From the NCBI GenBank assembly GCA_002167845.2, contig NHBO02000064.1, forward strand, positions 80,910 to 144,909: DNA of 64,000 nt, in the 5' to 3' direction. Source of the stretch: Phycisphaera sp. TMED9 (GTDB lineage Bacteria > Planctomycetota > Phycisphaerae > Phycisphaerales > SM1A02). Shown here one piece after another: positions 60,866 to 64,000 of this stretch. The notes below the pieces were generated by a model. It was given only the letters and a program-made list of their open reading frames with translations. It had not been told where the DNA came from and searched no databases. Every line of letters starts with the position of its first letter. The stretch's first letter is position 1. A program made the position numbers and the translations under genes.

Positions 60866-62269
60866 TCATTCCACGTCGAGCGTGGGCTTGAGCGCTTCTT
60901 CAATCGCGAGGACTGCATAGATCGTCGCGAGCTCTGGTCGGGATTCCTCCCACCGATCTTCGTCGTTCTTCCAACTGCCATCCGCTCGTTGGAGATCCAC
61001 GAGTGTGGTGATCAGTTCATCTCGCCAGTCATGCAGAGTTCCATCCGGGCCTTGGATCTCATCCAGTCCGGAGGCTCGCAATGCTCGGGCCATCGCATGA
61101 AGGTAGTAGTAGAGCCCCTGGCCACCGAGCCCCGGATTCTCGGTCAGCGTCCAGTGCTGTCGGATCCAGCCGATCGCGGCGGCGACGCGGGGATCGTCCG
61201 CGGTGAGGCCCGCGTACAACAGGCTCTTGAATCCGGCGTAGGTCATCGAACCGTAACTTCGGAGACTGCGAGCAACGCCTTCAGGCATCGTCTCGCCGTA
61301 GCGGCCTTCGCCGGCCACGGCGCTGCCGAAGGACTCGCCGTCGTTGGCGGGGGTGTAGACGAAACCGCCGTCATCGCGGCCCGCTTGCGCCCACGCGGCG
61401 GGATTCGTCGCCTTCAGGTTCTGAGTCCGCGTGAGGAAGACCAGTGCCTTCTGGACGACGGGCTCCTCCGGGCTGACACCGGCGTCGTAGAGGGCGTCGA
61501 GCATCATCTGGGTGTTCGAGAGATCAGGGCGTCCGCGACTTCCGTAACCCGCGCCCCCGTACCAGTCCTGTTTCGGCGAGACACCCTCGGCTCGATCCCA
61601 TTGATTGGTTCGAAGAAAGATCACCGCATCGCCCAGCGCCCGCGCGTCTCCGGGGTCCGACAGCGAGCCATGGGCGGCAAGGCCCATCGTCACCGAACTG
61701 GCGACGTAGTTGCCGAGTCCGGCCGCCGCGAGGCCTTCGAAGCCATACTCTTCGAGGGCGCTTCGGACGAAGCCGAGCGCCCGAGTGGCGGCTTCGGGAG
61801 AGTCGGCGAGGGCGGGGGCCTGTGCGAACGCCTTCAAGCCCAGGCCGGTCACCGCCACGGCGGCCGCAGCTTCACGAGGCGGTTGATCCGTGGCGATCAC
61901 CTCCGCACCTTCCATCCAACCACCCCGGCGCGACTGCATCGACTCGAGCCAGGCCAGTCCTCGCCGGGTGGCGGTTCGGCCACTCGTCCAAGTCGCTTCG
62001 TCGAGGCGGGTTTCGCTCCGATCGACGGCGATTCGATGGACGGGCGGCGTCGGAAGCACGACCGTGGTCGGAACCGAAGGGACCGGGAGTTCGGTGATCT
62101 TCTCGACGTTGATGCGTGGGTCGGTCGGGAGTTCGTCGCCCCCGGTTGCTTGGATGGCCTTGCGGACGCGGTCGGGTACCGCCTTCTGGTCCGGTGGTGG
62201 CGGTTCCGAAGCGGGGGCAAGCGCCCAGACGAGCACGGAGATCAAGATGGGTTGGAAGACTGCAGGCAT
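60866..62269 (-). CDS. Exported prenyltransferase/squalene-oxidase repeat protein
   Basis: Signal peptide; QW-type repeats (WLESMQSRRGGW, LQRADGSW, DDGGFVY), RPDLSNT, SYGSMTYAG. Confidence 0.8.
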   Translation of the reverse strand: MPAVFQPILISVLVWALAPASEPPPPDQKAVPDRVRKAIQATGGDELPTDPRINVEKITELPVPSVPTTVVLPTPPVHRIAVDRSETRLDEATWTSGRTATRRGLAWLESMQSRRGGWMEGAEVIATDQPPREAAAAVAVTGLGLKAFAQAPALADSPEAATRALGFVRSALEEYGFEGLAAAGLGNYVASSVTMGLAAHGSLSDPGDARALGDAVIFLRTNQWDRAEGVSPKQDWYGGAGYGSRGRPDLSNTQMMLDALYDAGVSPEEPVVQKALVFLTRTQNLKATNPAAWAQAGRDDGGFVYTPANDGESFGSAVAGEGRYGETMPEGVARSLRSYGSMTYAGFKSLLYAGLTADDPRVAAAIGWIRQHWTLTENPGLGGQGLYYYLHAMARALRASGLDEIQGPDGTLHDWRDELITTLVDLQRADGSWKNDEDRWEESRPELATIYAVLAIEEALKPTLDVE

Positions 62270-62275
62270 GAGGTC

Positions 62276-62285
62276 AGTCTAGACT
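62276..62285. promoter_or_regulatory. Palindromic bidirectional -10 element (TAGACT on both strands)
   Basis: AGTCTAGACT lies between divergent genes, 6 nt from the minus-strand ATG at 62269. Confidence 0.5.
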
Positions 62286-62355
62286 CTCCGGGGTCTCTCT
62301 TGGAAAAGAAGCCGGAATGCCGGTCATCCAAGTTTCCTTCGATCAGGATCCACCC

Positions 62356-62733
62356 ATGAACAAGCGGAAAGAACTCGCGCCGAACAAGCGGAAAGAACTC
62401 GCGCCGGACTCGGCATCAGGGGGATCTGCCGACCCGGATCCCGTGCTGGATCCGGCCGTGTCGCCGGTGGCCTGGATGCGGGAATTCGCGTCTGGATTCA
62501 TGACGACCGAAGGTGCTTCGCCCGACGGTGAGAAATCGGACGCCGAGGACGGTGAGGCGATCGTCGCCTCGTGGATCGATCGGGGGCGAGCCGGGCTCGA
62601 TCCGATCGAGCGGCGATTGTCGGCGTTGATGGCCGAGTCGAGTCTGGCCGCGATCACGGCGTCGGAGGCTCGAATCATGGAACGTCTCGACCGGATCGAG
62701 TCTCGACTCTCGAGTCTGGAGCAGAAGGGCTGA
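62356..62733 (+). CDS. Small hypothetical protein with C-terminal coiled coil
   Basis: ORF 62317/62356-62733; C-terminal IMERLDRIESRLSSLE. Confidence 0.5.
   Translation: MNKRKELAPNKRKELAPDSASGGSADPDPVLDPAVSPVAWMREFASGFMTTEGASPDGEKSDAEDGEAIVASWIDRGRAGLDPIERRLSALMAESSLAAITASEARIMERLDRIESRLSSLEQKG
62358..62406. repeat. Perfect 24-bp tandem duplication
   Basis: GAACAAGCGGAAAGAACTCGCGCC at 62358 and 62382 (encodes NKRKELAP x2). Confidence 0.92.
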
Positions 62734-62767
62734 ACCTCCGCATCGCGTTCGGCGGAGGACTTCGGGG

Positions 62768-63970
62768 TCACCTGATCGTTCCCACGACGTACATGACTTC
62801 ACTGCCGGCGGTCGTGTCGAACCTCACCGGAATCATGAAGACCCCCGTCTGCCCGGTCAGCGGGGTGATCGCGACCTTGATTCGGACACGGTCTCCGTCA
62901 CCTTCCACCTGCTCCAGAAGGTCCGTTCGGAAGTTCGGGTCTTCCGAGATCGCCGCGTTGACTCGCTTCCCCGCAAATTGCTTCAACTCGATGTTGAACG
63001 TCGCGTTCCCGCCAGGGGCGAGCGTGCCCACGTTGGCGATGTATCCGTCGAACTGAAGTGCGACGGCCCGACTCTGGTGGGGGAGTTTCGAGAAGGGGTG
63101 TCGAATTCGCATTTCGATCACCGAGGCATCGGGGTGATCGGTTTCGAAGAGCATCCACTTGGGGAAGGCGTCGACGACACCGGTCCGTTGAGCCTCGGCC
63201 GTGGCCGCGGTGAGGTCGTACCGAACGACATGGTTCGTCAGAGGGTCATTCGGAGTGATCAGATCCGGTGCGGCGCCATTCACGGATCGAACTCTGAAGG
63301 GTCGGCCATCCGTCGAGGTGAGCGCCACATTGCCGGAAAGGCGATCCGCGGCGAGGGCGTCGATGAAGAGTGGCGTGGTCCTGACGGGGTAGGCCGCGAC
63401 CGCGGTGAGCGTGAGACGGGGGCCTCTGACTTGGCCGTTCGGGCCGGAAAGCAGCACGTTAACCGCGGCTTTCTTTTCTCCGGTGGTACTTGGCACCTGG
63501 AGGGTCATGGGGATTCCAACGGCACCGCGGGGCGGGATGGTCTCGCCCGCGACCTCGACCGTCGTGCATTGGCAGGTCGGGACCGCGGCCGCGATGGTCA
63601 TGGGTGCGTTCGTGGGATTGACCAGCTTCACTTCGACCTCGAGTTTCGAGCCAGGCTTCACGATTCCGAAGTTCACATCGTTGGGCTCACCGTAGACCGT
63701 CGTGGCGCCCGCCGTGATCGAGATGCTTCCAGTTGGGTAGATGGTGGCGCCCGAGGCGGAAGTCACGATCGGTGAACTCGGCTCCTCTTGCTCGGTGGTT
63801 GAGGAAGGAGCGGGGTCGGTCGATGCCGGTGGTGATGAGACGGAGTCGTCACAGCCAGAGATCATCGTCAACAGTCCGAGCGTGATGGGCGTGATGGTCG
63901 ATCGGAACGAGATCAAGGGAAGGTCTCCGAGCAAGTGCGGCTGATATGGGCCGGGAAGGGGGTCGTCCAC
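62768..63970 (-). CDS. DUF1573-domain (Ig-like) lipoprotein
   Basis: Lipobox-like LLTMISGC, NFG...LVNPT..PMTI...PTCQCT motif, further beta-rich repeats. Start uncertain. Confidence 0.75.
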   Translation of the reverse strand: MDDPLPGPYQPHLLGDLPLISFRSTITPITLGLLTMISGCDDSVSSPPASTDPAPSSTTEQEEPSSPIVTSASGATIYPTGSISITAGATTVYGEPNDVNFGIVKPGSKLEVEVKLVNPTNAPMTIAAAVPTCQCTTVEVAGETIPPRGAVGIPMTLQVPSTTGEKKAAVNVLLSGPNGQVRGPRLTLTAVAAYPVRTTPLFIDALAADRLSGNVALTSTDGRPFRVRSVNGAAPDLITPNDPLTNHVVRYDLTAATAEAQRTGVVDAFPKWMLFETDHPDASVIEMRIRHPFSKLPHQSRAVALQFDGYIANVGTLAPGGNATFNIELKQFAGKRVNAAISEDPNFRTDLLEQVEGDGDRVRIKVAITPLTGQTGVFMIPVRFDTTAGSEVMYVVGTIR

Positions 63971-64000
63971 CGTGAACGAAGGAAAGGATAGTCGCTGGCG

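Overview
High-GC bacterial chromosomal window, most likely from a Planctomycetota (Phycisphaerales-like) genome. This is an inference from the many secreted proteins with C-terminal dockerin-like tails, the prenyltransferase-repeat and DUF1573 proteins, and scarce Shine-Dalgarno motifs. I see no mobile elements, CRISPR arrays or rRNA. The left part (1-25.6 kb) holds a membrane-anchored coiled-coil protein, four secreted hydrolase/binding proteins sharing a dockerin-like tail, tRNA-Cys, two cyclophilins and housekeeping genes (gatB, hpt, DnaJ-class chaperone, PTS IIA, rsmB, metK, nitroreductase, truD). The right part is a ~35 kb respiratory region with two complete quinol-to-O2 chains. The first is a Rieske/cytochrome b + A1-type caa3 oxidase operon (25.8-36.0 kb) with an apparently split subunit III, a non-canonical Qo motif (PDGL for PEWY) and a CtaG-ferredoxin fusion. 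The second is an alternative complex III (actABCDEF) + SCO + A2-type caa3 oxidase operon (42.2-57.1 kb), followed by the heme A/O synthesis genes. Between them lie tadA, tatC, tatD and an APC permease-EIIA-RCK fusion. Many genes have a TAnnnT -10 box only 6-12 nt before the start codon, suggesting leaderless transcription. All family calls come from motif recognition by eye, not database searches, and several start codons are my estimates.
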